Shown piece after piece: positions 34,097 to 42,177 of a stretch of DNA of 56,727 nucleotides (positions within the stretch are counted from its first letter, which is position 1; each line of letters opens with the position of its first letter). A model generated the notes under the pieces. It had not been told where the DNA came from. It ran no database searches and saw nothing but the letters and a program-made list of their open reading frames with translations. Source of the DNA: Chloroflexota bacterium (GTDB lineage: Bacteria; Chloroflexota; Dehalococcoidia; SM23-28-2; RBG-16-64-32); the NCBI GenBank assembly GCA_005882985.1, contig VBEJ01000036.1, positions 1-56,727 on the forward strand, read 5' to 3'. A program made the position numbers and the translations under genes.

Positions 34097-35052
34097 GGGA
34101 GGGAAGATTGACCAGGAATACGCTGCGCGTGCTCGTCGTCGAAGACAACCCGGGGGACGTCGGCCTCGTCCGGGCGGCGCTCGAAGACAGCACCATCAGT
34201 TTCGAAATAGATAACGTGACTTCCCCGAAGTCCTGCCGGCACGCGCTCGAGAGCGAGCGCTACGACATCATCCTGCTCGATTACTCCCTGCCGGGCGAGA
34301 ACGGCCTGGACTTCCTGCGTTCGATCAGCGGTAAGAAGCACGTCCCGCCCATCATCATGCTCACCGGCCAGGGCGACGAGCTGATCGCCAAGGACGCTAT
34401 CCGCGCCGGCGCGAGCGATTACTGCGCCAAGGGACGCATCAACTCGACGACGCTCACCCGCGCGATCCTCGAGGCGCTCGAGAAGGCGCGTCTTGAAGCC
34501 GAGGAGGAGCGCCAGCGCGAGGAGGCGGACAGGCGCGCGGTCACAGACCCGCTAACCGGGCTTTACAACCGCACCTACTTAGCGGACGCGCTGGAGAAGG
34601 AATGCCGCCGCGCCAAGCGTTACGGCAGCCCGCTCTCCTGCCTTATGCTCGACCTCGACGACCTTCAGGACATCAATGATAAGCGCGGCCACCTCGAGGG
34701 CGACTCGGTGCTGCGCCAGGTCGCAATCGCGATCGGGAACTCGGTGCGCGAGATCGACATCGCCGCTCGCTACGGTGGCGACGAGTTCTGTGTTCTGGCC
34801 CCCGAGACTGGCCTCGAAGGCGCAATGCAACTCGCTGAACGGCTGCGCTTCGCCGTCGCGGCCATGGAGGTCAGGGCGGGTAGCCGCTCGGCGAGGATTA
34901 CCGTCAGCATCGGCGTCTTTTCGCCGGCCACCATGAACCAGCTCCGCCCGACAACGCTCCTCGATCACGCCGAGACGGCGCTGCGCAAGGCCAAGCTGAC
35001 CGGCAAGAACCAGGTCTGCAACTACACCGTGCCCTCCATCGGCGTCGCCTAA
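34093..35052 (+). CDS. response regulator-diguanylate cyclase (REC-GGDEF), paralogue
   Basis: 319 aa, GTG start overlapping the previous stop by 4 nt. REC (VLVVEDNPGD, ILLDYSLPG, IMLTG, CAKG) plus GGDEF motif RYGGDEF with I-site REID. Confidence 0.9.
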   Translation: MREGRLTRNTLRVLVVEDNPGDVGLVRAALEDSTISFEIDNVTSPKSCRHALESERYDIILLDYSLPGENGLDFLRSISGKKHVPPIIMLTGQGDELIAKDAIRAGASDYCAKGRINSTTLTRAILEALEKARLEAEEERQREEADRRAVTDPLTGLYNRTYLADALEKECRRAKRYGSPLSCLMLDLDDLQDINDKRGHLEGDSVLRQVAIAIGNSVREIDIAARYGGDEFCVLAPETGLEGAMQLAERLRFAVAAMEVRAGSRSARITVSIGVFSPATMNQLRPTTLLDHAETALRKAKLTGKNQVCNYTVPSIGVA

Positions 35053-35076
35053 ACCGGGCAACGGCACTATTGCAGG

Positions 35077-35097
35077 CGGGTACCTTCAGGGTACCCG
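35077..35097. terminator. 8-bp hairpin between convergent GGDEF gene and mutS (bidirectional terminator candidate)
   Basis: CGGGTACC-TTCAG-GGTACCCG, lying in the 130-nt convergent gap 35053-35182. Confidence 0.4.
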
Positions 35098-35182
35098 AGA
35101 GGAGCGAGCCGCTCCGTTGATGAATCGCCGAAGCCACGGGATCCCCACGGTGCCGTGAATGCTGTCAGCACGCCCTTCTTTG

Positions 35183-37783
35183 CTACCTCCTCCTTCCCGC
35201 TTCCTCTCTCGCCTTCTCCGCCAGCTCATAGAGCTTCGTCATCGCCTCCAGGGGCGTCATTCCGTCCACCTGGAGCGCCGACAGCTCCTTGCGCAGCCCG
35301 TCCTCGCGGGCGAGCAGCGGCAGCTGTGCCGGCGGCTCCACTCCCCCGACGGACGACACCGCGGGCGTTTTACGCGTCTCCAGCTCCTCCAGTATCTCCT
35401 GCGCCCGCGCGATCACCGAGCGCGGCAGCCCAGCCAGCTGCGCGACGTGCACCCCGTAGGAGCGGTCGGCACCACCCGGCAGGATGCGGTGCAAGAACAC
35501 TACGCGGCCCTCCTCTTCTGCAACGGCGACGTTGTAGTTGCGCACGCGCGGCAGAAACGAGGCCAGCTCGGTCAGCTCGTGGTAGTGCGTCGCGAAGAGC
35601 GTCTTCGCCGCCGCCTCCCGCCGGTTGTGAATGAACTCGACGACCGCCCGGGCGATCGCCATTCCGTCGTAAGTACTCGTCCCGCGCCCGATCTCGTCGA
35701 AGATAAGTAGGGAGCGGGGCGTCGCGTTGTGCAGCATCGCCGCCGTCTCAAGCATCTCCACCATGAACGTCGAACGCCCCGCCGCGATGTCATCCAGCGC
35801 ACCGATGCGGCTGAAGATGCGGTCCACCACCCCGATCCGCGCTTCCGCGGCCGGCACGAACGAGCCAATCTGGGCCATCAGGACGATCAGTGCCACCTGC
35901 CGCAGGTACGTCGATTTCCCGGCCATGTTCGGTCCGGTCAGCAGCACGACCTGCGCGTCAGAGCACGATAGTTGCGTGTCGTTCGGCACGAACGTGCCCT
36001 CCGGCAGCATCCGCTCGACGGCCGGGTGCCTGCCGTCGCGTATCACGATCTGGTCACCGTCGTCGACGACCGGGCGCGTGAAGCCGTAGCTGCAGGCGGC
36101 CTCGGCCAGCGCACAGGAGACGTCGACAAGCGCCACGGCCGCTGCAGTCTCGAGGATACGCTGTCCGTGCGCGGCTACCTGCGTGCAGACCTGCCTCAGC
36201 AGCGATTGCTCAAGCTCCTGCTGCTGCTCCTGCGCGTGCAGCACCTTGTACTCATGCTCCTGCAGCTCCGGCGTCGTGTAGCGTTCGCCACCGACCAGCG
36301 TTTGCTTGCGCTGGTAGTCCTCCGGGACAGAGCGCGCGTTTGCTTTCGAGACCTCGATGTAGTAACCGAAGACGCGGTTGTAGCCGAGTTTGAGCGATTT
36401 GATGCCGCTGCGGTCGCGCTCCCGGCTCTCGAGCTCGGCCAGGTACTGCCGGGCGTCGCGGGTCGTCGTCCGCAGCGAGTCCAGCTCCTTCGAGAAGCCC
36501 GCCCGGATGACCTGCCCCTCCGCGGAAGGATCGTCCGTGACCGCCGCCGCGATTAGCTCGACGACCTCCCGGCACGCATGAAGACCCGCGATCATCTCTT
36601 CGCGCACGACCTGCTTCCCGCTACCCAACGACGGATCATGCTCGACCGTCTCCCTCAGCTTCTCGACGGCGTCAAGCCCGCGCCCCAGCGCGACAAGGTC
36701 CCGGGGCACACTCGCCGACGGTGAACCAGCCGCTGCTGTTGAGACGCGTGCCAGTAGACGCTCGATGTCAGGAACCTTGGCGAGGAGGACCGTCGTCCTT
36801 CCCCGCCGTACCGCCGAGTCTACAAATAGCTGGATCTGGTCCTGCCGTCGGCGTATCGCTGTTATGTCGAGCAGCGGCCGCGCGAGCCAGCGCCGCAGCA
36901 GCCGCGCGCCCATCGCCGTCTTCGTCCGGTCGAGAACCCTTAGCAGCGATGAACCCTCGGAACCGGGTCTCAACGGCTCGTAGAGCTCGAGGTTGCGCGC
37001 CGTGTTCGCATCGACGGTCATGAAGCCAGCGTTGCTCTGGTAACCAAGCCTTGTAATGTGGTTCAGCACAGCTCGCTGGTTCTCCTCCAGGTAGTCCAGA
37101 ATCGCTCCCGCAGCGCGCGCCGCTAGGCCCCGACCGGCAAGGCCGAGCCCATCGAGCGAAGCAGTCCCGAAGTGCGAAAGCAGCCGCGCGTTCGCCGCCT
37201 CGGCGTTGAACGCCTGCCCGTCCAGTGGCGTGAGCGTCCCGATTGAGTTTCCCGGCGGCGCGCTTCCCCGCGGCAGCAGCAGCTCCGCCGGCGCCAGCCG
37301 CTCGATCTCCAGGGCGGCCTCGGCCGCCTCGGCCTGAAGGCAGCCAAACTCGCCCGTGGAGACGTCGACATGTGCGAGGCCGGCCTGCCTGTCTTCCAGC
37401 AGGTATGCGGCGAGATAGTTGTTGGCCGCACCCGCCAGCAGGTTCTCCTCCACGAGCGTACCCGGTGTCACGACCCGGACCACCCGGCGGTCGACCAGTT
37501 TGCCGCCTTTCGGCGGCTCCATCTGCTCACAGATGGCGACTTTGTAGCCCCGCGCGATCAGCTTGCCGAGATGGGAATCGAGTGAATGGTGCGGAATACC
37601 CGCGAGCGGCACCCGCTGCCCCTTGCTCACGGGCCGCGAGGTCAGCGTAATCTCGAGCTCGCGAGCTACCGTCTCTGCGTCCTCATCGAACGTTTCGTAA
37701 AAGTCGCCGAGGCGGAAGAAGAGCAAGGCGTGGGGATAGCGGCGCTTGATGTCCAGGTACTGACGTCTGAGCGGGGTTGTCAC
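35183..37783 (-). CDS. mutS: DNA mismatch repair protein MutS
   Basis: 866 aa, GTG start. Mismatch-binding N-terminus TPLRRQYLDIKRRYPHALLFFRLGDFYETF, Walker A GPNMAGKST, and DEIGRGTSTYDG. Confidence 0.95.
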   Translation of the reverse strand: MTTPLRRQYLDIKRRYPHALLFFRLGDFYETFDEDAETVARELEITLTSRPVSKGQRVPLAGIPHHSLDSHLGKLIARGYKVAICEQMEPPKGGKLVDRRVVRVVTPGTLVEENLLAGAANNYLAAYLLEDRQAGLAHVDVSTGEFGCLQAEAAEAALEIERLAPAELLLPRGSAPPGNSIGTLTPLDGQAFNAEAANARLLSHFGTASLDGLGLAGRGLAARAAGAILDYLEENQRAVLNHITRLGYQSNAGFMTVDANTARNLELYEPLRPGSEGSSLLRVLDRTKTAMGARLLRRWLARPLLDITAIRRRQDQIQLFVDSAVRRGRTTVLLAKVPDIERLLARVSTAAAGSPSASVPRDLVALGRGLDAVEKLRETVEHDPSLGSGKQVVREEMIAGLHACREVVELIAAAVTDDPSAEGQVIRAGFSKELDSLRTTTRDARQYLAELESRERDRSGIKSLKLGYNRVFGYYIEVSKANARSVPEDYQRKQTLVGGERYTTPELQEHEYKVLHAQEQQQELEQSLLRQVCTQVAAHGQRILETAAAVALVDVSCALAEAACSYGFTRPVVDDGDQIVIRDGRHPAVERMLPEGTFVPNDTQLSCSDAQVVLLTGPNMAGKSTYLRQVALIVLMAQIGSFVPAAEARIGVVDRIFSRIGALDDIAAGRSTFMVEMLETAAMLHNATPRSLLIFDEIGRGTSTYDGMAIARAVVEFIHNRREAAAKTLFATHYHELTELASFLPRVRNYNVAVAEEEGRVVFLHRILPGGADRSYGVHVAQLAGLPRSVIARAQEILEELETRKTPAVSSVGGVEPPAQLPLLAREDGLRKELSALQVDGMTPLEAMTKLYELAEKAREEAGRRR

Positions 37784-37832
37784 GCGGCCGGCTGCACCTC
37801 GAAGCGGCTTTGGTCGGACGGCTTTGACGCGT

Positions 37833-37838
37833 ATTATA
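37833..37838 (-). promoter_or_regulatory. perfect -10 hexamer (TATAAT) upstream of mutS
   Basis: Minus strand reads GAGCGGGGCTATAATACGCG. It ends about 50 nt upstream of the GTG at 37783. No convincing -35. Confidence 0.35.
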
Positions 37839-37913
37839 GCCCCGCTCGACCCGGACGCGAAGCATACCGTGTCACAGCCTTGCTAGGGAGAAACTGCCCG
37901 CTACGGGCTCTGA

Positions 37914-37967
37914 GAAAAAGGGAGCGGGCCAGGCGTTGCGGCTCGCCCGGCCCGCGGAGCCCAAAAA
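37914..37967 (-). terminator. intrinsic terminator candidate downstream of the GAF-PAS-LuxR gene
   Basis: Minus-strand GGGCTCCGCGGGCC...GGCCCGCTCCC forms a 7 + 3 bp stem with an internal loop, followed by TTTTT. Confidence 0.4.
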
Positions 37968-38064
37968 GAGGGTACCTTCATTATTTAGACGAACGCAGAG
38001 GCAGGTAAATACCTGATTTCTAGTATTTTTGTGACTTGTTTAAAATTTGGGCCGCTGTGGATGA

Positions 38065-40041
38065 CTAGACGAGAAGCGCTTCGCGAACGGCGCGCGCGCT
38101 CGCCTCACTGCGCGACGAAGCGCTCATCTTCGAGAGGATGTTCGCTACGTGCTTGCTCACGGTCAACGGGCTGATGCCGAGCTTGTCGGCCATCTCCCGG
38201 TCGGAGTTTCCCGCTGCTACCAGGTGCAGGACCGTCAGCTCGCGGAACGTAAGGCCGTAGGCGCGTCCACGCTGCATCTGCCGCTCCACCTTGCCCTCCA
38301 GCTCCTCCCTTGCCTTCCGCAGCTCTTCTTCCATCAGCCGGCGCTCCGTAATGTCTTCACAGACTATCAGTACGATCAACTCGCCGTTTGCGTCTAAAGT
38401 CGCACGGGCCGCCTCCTTGACCCAGATCACCTCCCCGTCCTTCCTCACTTTGCGGAATTCCCAGTGCGCCATCTTCCCCGGCGTCTCAATGCACAGCTGG
38501 AGTTGGCGGGCTACCTCCTCCTTGTCTTCTTCGTAGAACACCTCGAGCACGGGTGTGCCGGCCAGCTCTTCCGGCGTATAGCCCAGCTGCTCTGCGCCGA
38601 ACTGGTTCACGGAGAGCACATTGCCGGTTGCATCCACGGTAAAGTACATGGACGGGTTGTCTTGGTACAGCACGCGGTAACGTTCCTCGCTGTCGCGCAG
38701 GGCCTCCTCTGCCTGCTTGCGTTCTGTCACGTCGTAAGCCGTACCCAGTACTGCCCTGCCGCCTTCCCACTCCACCAGGTCCGCGCTGTATTCGACCCAG
38801 CGCTCCTCACCGGCCTTCCTCACGATCTTCACCTCGAAACCGCTCGGCGGCGGCTGGTCAGGGTGCTCAAACGTGGCGCGCCACGCCTGTTGCAGCCTCT
38901 CGCGGAAGTCGGGATGCACCGTCTTCCATGGGTCAATAGCGAGAAGCTCTTCGACGGTGTATCCAGTCATCGCCCCGGCCGCAGAATTGGCGTACACGAG
39001 CCGGCCCTGCTTGAACACGAACGTGGCCGCGGCGTTCATCTCGGTCAGTGTGCGGAACTTCTGTTCGGACTGGCGCAGCGTGTCCTCCGCCTCTTTGCGC
39101 TCGGAGATATTGCGAACAACTGCGATGAACGCCCGCGGCTGCCCTTCCGGGTCCCGGATGAGCGAGGCGCTCAATTCTGCGGGGATGCGCGAGCCGTCTC
39201 GCCGGACCAATGTGTATTCAACGTTACGAACGCTCCCCGTCTCCAGGGTGCGCCGCGCATTCTCGACGGCGCGCTCCCGGTCCTGCGGGGCCACGAAGTC
39301 AAATCCGCTCAGTCCCAGCATGGCCTCGGGCCCTTCCGCGCCGTGGTGGGTCGCCGCCGGCTGGTTGCACATCAGCACCCTGCCATTCAGGTCCGTAACC
39401 ATAATGGCGTCCGGCGACGTTTCCACAACGCTCCGGTAGAGCTCCGCCGCCTGCTGCGCCATCGATATCTCCCGGCTCCGCTCGAACGCACTACCTAGCT
39501 CCGTCCCGATGCTTACCATCGCCTCCATCAATTGCTCATCGGCCTCCATCACCTCCCGCGAGAAGAACTCGACCACCGCTCCGGTCCGTTCGCCGGCCTG
39601 AATTGGGAAGGCAACCGCGGACTTCAGGCCCGCTCTCTTGGCCGCTGCGGCTCTCGGGAAGCCCGGCTCCTGTCCTACGTCAACCACCCAGGCAGGGCTG
39701 CCCGACGACAGGATCCGGCCGGGTAATCCCACGTCTCCATTGAGGGGCGTCTGTTCCGTCGCCTTGCGGAATCGCTCGAGGGCCTTGGTGTCCTCGAGGT
39801 GCCAGATGCCCGCGCTCACGTACTCATCTTCAGAATCTGGCGCCGGCATGTAGACGTGCCCGACCGGCCAGCCGGTGTGGCGGCATATGCGGTCGACTAC
39901 GAATCGCAGGGCGTCTTCAACGCCCTGAACTTCGGCCACGCCCGCGGTCGACGCCCGAAGCGCGATGATATCGATCAACTCCTGGAGCTGACCGTTCGCA
40001 CCCTGCATCTTATGCGAGAGCGCCCGCCCTGGCTCTTTCAT
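38065..40041 (-). CDS. GAF-PAS-PAS-PAS-LuxR(HTH) transcriptional regulator
   Basis: 658 aa. N-terminal GAF (HVYMP...GLPGRILSSGSPAWV...AVAFPIQAGERTGAVVEFFS), three PAS modules, coiled linker, and C-terminal LuxR/GerE HTH LTFRELTVLHLVAAGNSDREMADKLGISPLTVSKHVANILSKM. Confidence 0.85.
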   Translation of the reverse strand: MKEPGRALSHKMQGANGQLQELIDIIALRASTAGVAEVQGVEDALRFVVDRICRHTGWPVGHVYMPAPDSEDEYVSAGIWHLEDTKALERFRKATEQTPLNGDVGLPGRILSSGSPAWVVDVGQEPGFPRAAAAKRAGLKSAVAFPIQAGERTGAVVEFFSREVMEADEQLMEAMVSIGTELGSAFERSREISMAQQAAELYRSVVETSPDAIMVTDLNGRVLMCNQPAATHHGAEGPEAMLGLSGFDFVAPQDRERAVENARRTLETGSVRNVEYTLVRRDGSRIPAELSASLIRDPEGQPRAFIAVVRNISERKEAEDTLRQSEQKFRTLTEMNAAATFVFKQGRLVYANSAAGAMTGYTVEELLAIDPWKTVHPDFRERLQQAWRATFEHPDQPPPSGFEVKIVRKAGEERWVEYSADLVEWEGGRAVLGTAYDVTERKQAEEALRDSEERYRVLYQDNPSMYFTVDATGNVLSVNQFGAEQLGYTPEELAGTPVLEVFYEEDKEEVARQLQLCIETPGKMAHWEFRKVRKDGEVIWVKEAARATLDANGELIVLIVCEDITERRLMEEELRKAREELEGKVERQMQRGRAYGLTFRELTVLHLVAAGNSDREMADKLGISPLTVSKHVANILSKMSASSRSEASARAVREALLV

Positions 40042-40278
40042 TTCGTCGCTCCGGTCTGCGACGTGACAATTACCAGCGAGCCGCTGGAAAGTCGCACCCT
40101 ATTACTACCCTAGCGCCACTGCTCCGGCCGTGCGCGCAGGATTTGTTGGCAGCGCGGCAGTTACCTCACCGCGCCGTTAACTTATCTCTACCGGCTAAGA
40201 AAATCAACCCCTCGATGACGGCAGGGAAAGGGACGGAGACAATGAACCAAGGGCAATCGCGCGGGCTTGAAAAGAGTT

Positions 40279-40310
40279 GGGCGAGAACGATACCGGAACC
40301 GTTCTCGCCC
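40279..40310 (-). terminator. intrinsic terminator downstream of the PAS-LuxR gene
   Basis: Perfect 11-bp stem GGGCGAGAACG / CGTTCTCGCCC. On the minus strand it is followed by AACTCTTTTC. Confidence 0.55.
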
Positions 40311-40437
40311 GCTGCCATATTTGGGCGTACCCATACCGGAACGGGCCGCCCGCTGCCCAAGGGAGGGTGCGACGCTCCTATCGTCGGCTAGGTCTGCCTG
40401 CCAGTCAATACCTATTATTACGTACGGCCGGACTCCC

Positions 40438-42102
40438 CTAACCTACGATCCTCTCTCTTATCGCCCGCACTCCGACCTCCGTCCGCGACGACGCACCCAT
40501 CTTATGCAGTATTCGCTGCACGTGCTTGTTCACCGTCTTCGGCCTAATCCCCAGCGTTGCCGCGATCTCCTTGTCCGCCCGTCCGCTTGACAGCAGGTGC
40601 AGGACCGTCAGCTCGCGGAAGGTCAGTCCGTAGGCTTCTCCCCCTCCCAGCCGCTGCTCGACTCTGCTCTCCAGCTCTTCCCTGGCCCGCTGAATCTCCT
40701 CTTCCGCTCGTTTGTGCTCCGTTAGATCTCGCACGTGACCCGTAAAGATAGTCGTCTCGCCCATCTCGATCGGCACGATCGCAAGTTCCACCGGAAACTC
40801 ACTTTCATCCGCGCGCCTCCCTGTCATCTCCATCCGCTTTCCAAGCACCGGCCCCTCGCCGGTCGTGAGGTAGCGCTGCATACCGCGCCGGTGCTTGGCG
40901 CGCAGCGAGGGCGGTACGATGAGGTCGTCCAGCCGCTCGCCAATGGCTTCGTCGGCCCGGCGGCCAAACATCGCCTCGGCCGCCGGATTGAATTCGAGGA
41001 TCTTGCTCTCATCGTCGATCGTGATGATCGCGTCCAATGCCGTCTCTAAGATCGCCGCCTTGCGCCGCTCGCTCGCCTCCAGCGCCCGTTCCGCCTCCAT
41101 CCGGTCGGTTATGTCGCGCGAGTTGATCAACCCATACGCGCAGCCTTCCTCGGTGATCACCTTGCCGGAGCCTTCCAGGTAGCGCCAGCGGCCGTCCTTA
41201 TGCTGCGCCTGGAAGACAAGCAATTTGTGCGGCATCGTCGATTCCGACGATTGTGTCTGGAGGAGACCCCGCGCGATCGCATCGCCTACGGTTCGCCTGT
41301 CGTCGGGGTGAATGATCCGCCAGATGTTTGTGCCTACAAGCTCGTCCGGCGTATAGCCTAACGTCCTTCGCACCGACGGACTCTGGTATCGGACCTCACC
41401 GCTGGGCTCAATGACGGTGATAAGGTCTGGTGCGTTCTCGATCAGGTGGCGGAAGTGCTCCTCGCTGCGCCGCAGCGCCTCCTCCACCGTCCGCCGCTCG
41501 CTGACGTCTCGAACGACACCGATAAGCGCTCGCGGGTTCCCGTCTCGGTCCGTGATGGCCGACGCACTTAACTCGACTGGCACTCGCCCCCCATCGGAAC
41601 GCAATAGCGAGTACTCAACGTTCCTGATCGGGCCTTCGCTGAATATGCGTAGCAGGTCACGCGAGGCGCGGTCGATGTCTTCCGCCGCCACGAAGTCCCA
41701 GGCGGAGCGGCCGATCATCTCGTCCGCCCCCTGCAGGCCGTGCAGCGTCGCCGCCTGCTGGTTGCAAAGGATTATTTTGCCCTCGACCGTCGTGACGGTA
41801 ATCGCGTCGGGCGACGTGTCGACGATGCTACGGTAGAGAGCCGCCGCCCATTCGAACGGCGATTCGCCCGGCAGAGCCGACGAGGGCGGCCCACGGTGTT
41901 CGATGGCGCCCGGCTGCGCGGACCCATCCACGCCCGGCGCACCGGTCTGCGAGCCGGCTCTTGTCGTCTCCGCTCCGGGCCGGCGCCCGGCACCTTCAAC
42001 TACGCTCATTGGACAGCCCCGGTAAGGCAGAGGCGCATTGGGTGAGCAGAGTCGGCAAGGCTCCGCAAGCCGTCCAGACGCGCCCCGGATCGAACGGCGC
42101 AC
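40438..42102 (-). CDS. PAS-PAS-PAS-LuxR(HTH) transcriptional regulator, paralogue
   Basis: 554 aa from GTG 42102 (alternative ATG at 42009). Three PAS modules and C-terminal LTFRELTVLHLLSSGRADKEIAATLGIRPKTVNKHVQRILHKM. Colinear with the C-terminal approximately 480 aa of the neighbouring regulator. Confidence 0.85.
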   Translation of the reverse strand: MRRSIRGASGRLAEPCRLCSPNAPLPYRGCPMSVVEGAGRRPGAETTRAGSQTGAPGVDGSAQPGAIEHRGPPSSALPGESPFEWAAALYRSIVDTSPDAITVTTVEGKIILCNQQAATLHGLQGADEMIGRSAWDFVAAEDIDRASRDLLRIFSEGPIRNVEYSLLRSDGGRVPVELSASAITDRDGNPRALIGVVRDVSERRTVEEALRRSEEHFRHLIENAPDLITVIEPSGEVRYQSPSVRRTLGYTPDELVGTNIWRIIHPDDRRTVGDAIARGLLQTQSSESTMPHKLLVFQAQHKDGRWRYLEGSGKVITEEGCAYGLINSRDITDRMEAERALEASERRKAAILETALDAIITIDDESKILEFNPAAEAMFGRRADEAIGERLDDLIVPPSLRAKHRRGMQRYLTTGEGPVLGKRMEMTGRRADESEFPVELAIVPIEMGETTIFTGHVRDLTEHKRAEEEIQRAREELESRVEQRLGGGEAYGLTFRELTVLHLLSSGRADKEIAATLGIRPKTVNKHVQRILHKMGASSRTEVGVRAIRERIVG

Positions 42103-42119
42103 CCTCGTTTTGCAGGCGG

Positions 42120-42131
42120 ATTATAGCACGT
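42120..42131 (-). promoter_or_regulatory. extended -10 element upstream of the PAS-LuxR gene (ACGTGCTATAAT)
   Basis: Minus strand reads GTCGCGCACGTGCTATAATCCGCC. A perfect TATAAT preceded by TGC, 17 nt upstream of GTG 42102. Confidence 0.45.
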
Positions 42132-42177
42132 GCGCGACCAACACTAGCGGCCCAATTTAACTAGAAGCGCGCGACCC

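Noticed and set aside
35078-37980. The 11-mer GGGTACCTTCA occurs on both sides of mutS (35078-35088 and 37970-37980), which looked like possible direct repeats flanking an inserted gene.
   Set aside because: Chance recurrence of some 11-mer within a 57-kb GC-biased window is expected many times over. There is no extended similarity beyond the 11 nt. mutS is a core gene with native-looking composition.
37968-38064. An AT-rich island of roughly 80 bp (…CATTATTTAGACGAACGCAGAGGCAGGTAAATACCTGATTTCTAGTATTTTTGTGACTTGTTTAAAATTTGG…) in an otherwise GC-rich region, containing a CAGGTA-AA-TACCTG palindrome. It was considered as a small RNA or an integration scar.
   Set aside because: It lies in the 3' untranslated region between the LuxR-type gene stop and its terminator hairpin. 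I found no ORF, no conserved RNA motif and no repeat partner. AT-rich spacers also occur at other intergenic regions here.
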